64,000 nucleotides of DNA from Podarcis cretensis. Its lineage: Eukaryota. A model generated the notes under the pieces. The model did no database searches. It was not told the origin of the DNA and saw nothing but the letters and a program-made list of their open reading frames with translations. Shown here piece by piece: positions 61,231-64,000 of the stretch (positions are counted from its first letter, which is position 1; every line of letters begins with the position of its first letter). The DNA lies in assembly GCA_951804945.1 (NCBI GenBank), contig OX638163.1, positions 36,208,001 to 36,272,000 on the forward strand, read 5' to 3'. The translations under genes were made by a program, and so were the position numbers.

Positions 61231-62477
61231 AAATAGTAAGAAAGTGGTGGAGGGTTGTGGGTAACACCCCAACAGGTAGCATATATTAATGGTAAAAGAA
61301 GAAAGAAGTGGCTGCCACCACAATGATAAGTTATCTCTCCCTAAAACAGGGATGGGTAACTGGATCCAGAAGGTGGGCTTCTGGACACCCAGTGTCATAA
61401 TTGGGGGCTTACGAAACACTGCAGGAAGCTTTGCTGGGCTGCCAGTCAGCTGACTGGTGGTGCCTCCAACCTCTCTTTTAGCCTTGCCACATCTTTGTGC
61501 ATCCCACATCTGACATCAAACTCACCATAAGTTGTAGGGCAGGTGCGCATAGGTTGTCTGAAATGGATTCATGGGCCAAATAGGGAGAGTTGGCAGGCCC
61601 AAAGCTATGCATTCACTGAAATGACCTATCCCGGTTTGACACATACAGGTGAAGTGATGAATCTGGGGGAGCAGTTTGGCTTAGACTTAGACTTCAACAT
61701 TGTGAGCTACCCTCAAATGCAATAAAGCAGGCTTTTGGAAAAATGCTGCCTTTTAATTTTATTCTTTCTTAACACAACTTGCAGGAAAGCAATAGGTTAT
61801 GCTTCTGAAGGTTTTGTAGTAGAAGTAGCATCCATATCATTATACAGAGCTGAGCTAGGGGGTACAGACCCACAAGTACAAAGGTGGTGAAAACATTGTT
61901 TCGTTGAAAAGCTCTTATCCTTGAAAATGTCTACCCCGGGCTCTGTGATCTGTTCAGAGATGAGATTATTGAATGTTTCCAGCCAAGCACAATTGAGAAG
62001 CATTAACTACTAGTAAAAATTCAAACGTGGCTGCACTTTTCAATTTCTCTTTACTTGATTACTTGGTATTGTGGACAATAAGAGCTTTAAGCATGAGTAA
62101 GAGATTGACAGTGCAATTGACACCTCAGGAATGAACTGCTTCCTGTGTAGAACACCTCTGGCCTCTCCCACAGCAAAATGGTAGCTCTGCATGATGCCAA
62201 ACCTTCTATATGTCAGAGAGTAAAATGCTAGCTGTGGAACAAAATGTGTAGATTGTACAATATTGGTAGAGGTTGTGTAGATTTAAACAGAGGGTTTCTC
62301 TGGCTTCAAAGCTGTTTTTGTTCACATCCTCATTATGAATATTTTCTTTCTTACATCAATTTGTGGTTGTGCACACATTTAAAGCACACTTAAAGATCAT
62401 TACCTTCAAAGGATCTAAAAAAAATCAGTTAACCCTCACAGAGCTACAATTCCCAGGACCTTTAACTAACTACAGTT

Positions 62478-63810
62478 AGGCCAAAACCAGGCCTAAACCC
62501 TGATTGAAATGGATCCAGAAAATCAGTTTCTTCCAAAAGCGCCTGGATCTGGTTTGCAACCACTTGCTCCAGAACCTTGCCCAGGAAAGAGAGATTAGCA
62601 ACTGGCTGGTAGTTTGTTACGTTTTCTGAATCCAGGGAAGGTTTCTTAAGGGGTGGTTTTACCACTGCTTCCTTCAAACAGGCAGGGACCACCCCTTCTT
62701 GTAAAGAGGTATTGATCACCTCCCTGGTCCAGCCAGCTGTTCCCTCCCTGCTGGTTTTTATCAACCAAGATGGGGAAGGGTCTAGAAGAAGAAGAAGAGA
62801 AGAGTTTGGATTTAATATCCCGCTTTATCACTACCCTAAGGAGTCTCAAGAGTCTAGAGCACAAGTGGTCGCCCTGACTGAACCGAGCACCTTGTCCACA
62901 TCCTCGAGCCTTACCAACTGAAAATCATTCAACACAACAGGACTAGACTGTGCTCTGGACACCCCGTGAGATTCATCTGCTATAACAGCAGAGTCAAGGT
63001 CTTGGTGGATGCAAGCAATTTTATCCTCAAAATGCTTTGCAAACAGGTCAAAGCAAGTTATCATTGGTTCTATCACCTCCTTTGGGCCAGCCTGTAAAAG
63101 GCCCCATACAACCCAGAAAAGCTCTGCCGGACAGCATAATGAGGATACAATGGAGGCAGCAAAGTGTGCCTTCTTTGGTGCCTTCACTGCCACTGGGTAG
63201 GCTCAGTGATGAGCCCTTACCAGTGTTCGGTTGTATTCATTCTGATCTTTCCTCCCACCTTGTTTCTTCACCCTAAGCTATTGGGGAAGGGCACTCAGGG
63301 GTGATCGTGTCAATAGCCTGAGCCATTCGGGTGTTCCAGAGTTCAGCCAGGGCTTTGACAGGAGCACCAGTCATATCAGCTGGGAGGGGACCCCAGAGCC
63401 ATTTGGAATCCCACTGGATTCATCAGCTTTCGAGGGCAGACCTTGCTAATAGGTCCCCCACCTCTGCGGAGAGGAAAAGGTGCTGACATCCTAAATCTCA
63501 GCAGGAAGTGATCTGACCATGACAAGGGACTGATGTCAATATTCCCCACCTTCAAATCACCCTCTTCCTGCCCAGTTGAGAAAACAAGGTCCAGAGTGTG
63601 GTCTGTCATGTGTATTGGGCCAGTGACATGTTGGGACAGCTCCATGGTTGACATGGTGGCCATGAAGTCCTGAGCCGCCCCAGAGCCAGCTGCTTCGTCA
63701 TGGATGTTGAAGTCTCCCAGAACCAGCCATCTCAGAGTCCTCAACAATGCCTCCAAGACCAGCTCTGTCAGCTCAGGCAGGGAGACTGATGGGCAGTGAA
63801 GTGGGCAGTG
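62478..63810 (-). mobile_element. L2 ORF2 fragment (endonuclease to start of RT)
   Basis: LVLGDFNIH, HTLDLVF, WSDHF, TTCALD, KEAVVKP..NYQPVANLSFLGKVLE, DPFQSGFRPG; paralogous to 38-1280. Confidence 0.92.
62787..62851 (-). mobile_element. 65-bp 3' tail of the CORE-type SINE (or its partner LINE) inserted in L2
   Basis: AGAAGAAG..GAGTTTGGATTTAATATCCCGCTTT matches 23462-23520; 7-bp TSD GTCTAGA (62780-62786, 62852-62858). Confidence 0.85.
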
Positions 63811-64000
63811 AATAGGGATGGTTTCCTGGTTTCCTACCCCATCACATGTGTTGCCTAGCTGTGGTGTTATATGTATGATGGCTTATTCAGACATTGCCTG
63901 GTGGGCACATATGTGTCAACAAGTTTGCAAGGGAATTTTCTTTCTTTTTTTAAACTTTGGGTATGAAGCTGCTTCCTCCAGTAGGGTTTAACCTGAGAAT

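Overview
Non-genic vertebrate DNA, almost certainly from a squamate reptile and probably a lacertid lizard (inferred from Sauria SINEs, BovB, L2 and CR1 repeats). I cannot support any host protein-coding or RNA gene. All recognisable ORFs belong to transposable elements. These include a near-intact L2 LINE at the left edge, L2/L1/CR1/BovB fragments, seven Sauria SINEs, CORE-type SINEs, and many Tc1/pogo-type and hAT MITEs, several of them nested. The most notable content is four tyrosine-recombinase (Ngaro-type DIRS) retrotransposon insertions: (1) an internally deleted element at 35510-37799 with the full split-direct-repeat layout A1..B1-A2-B2, a recombinase C-terminus and an intact SGNH hydrolase ORF; (2) a solo A-B unit at 10959-11897; (3) a ~310-bp mini-element at 50212-50519; (4) a decayed recombinase+hydrolase copy at ~14400-15500. 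In the three copies that retain ends, the empty target sites can be rebuilt (short shared core, no TSD). In those same three copies the end-to-start junction folds into a hairpin whose pairing is kept although the sequence differs. All calls were made by eye; no database search or folding program was run.
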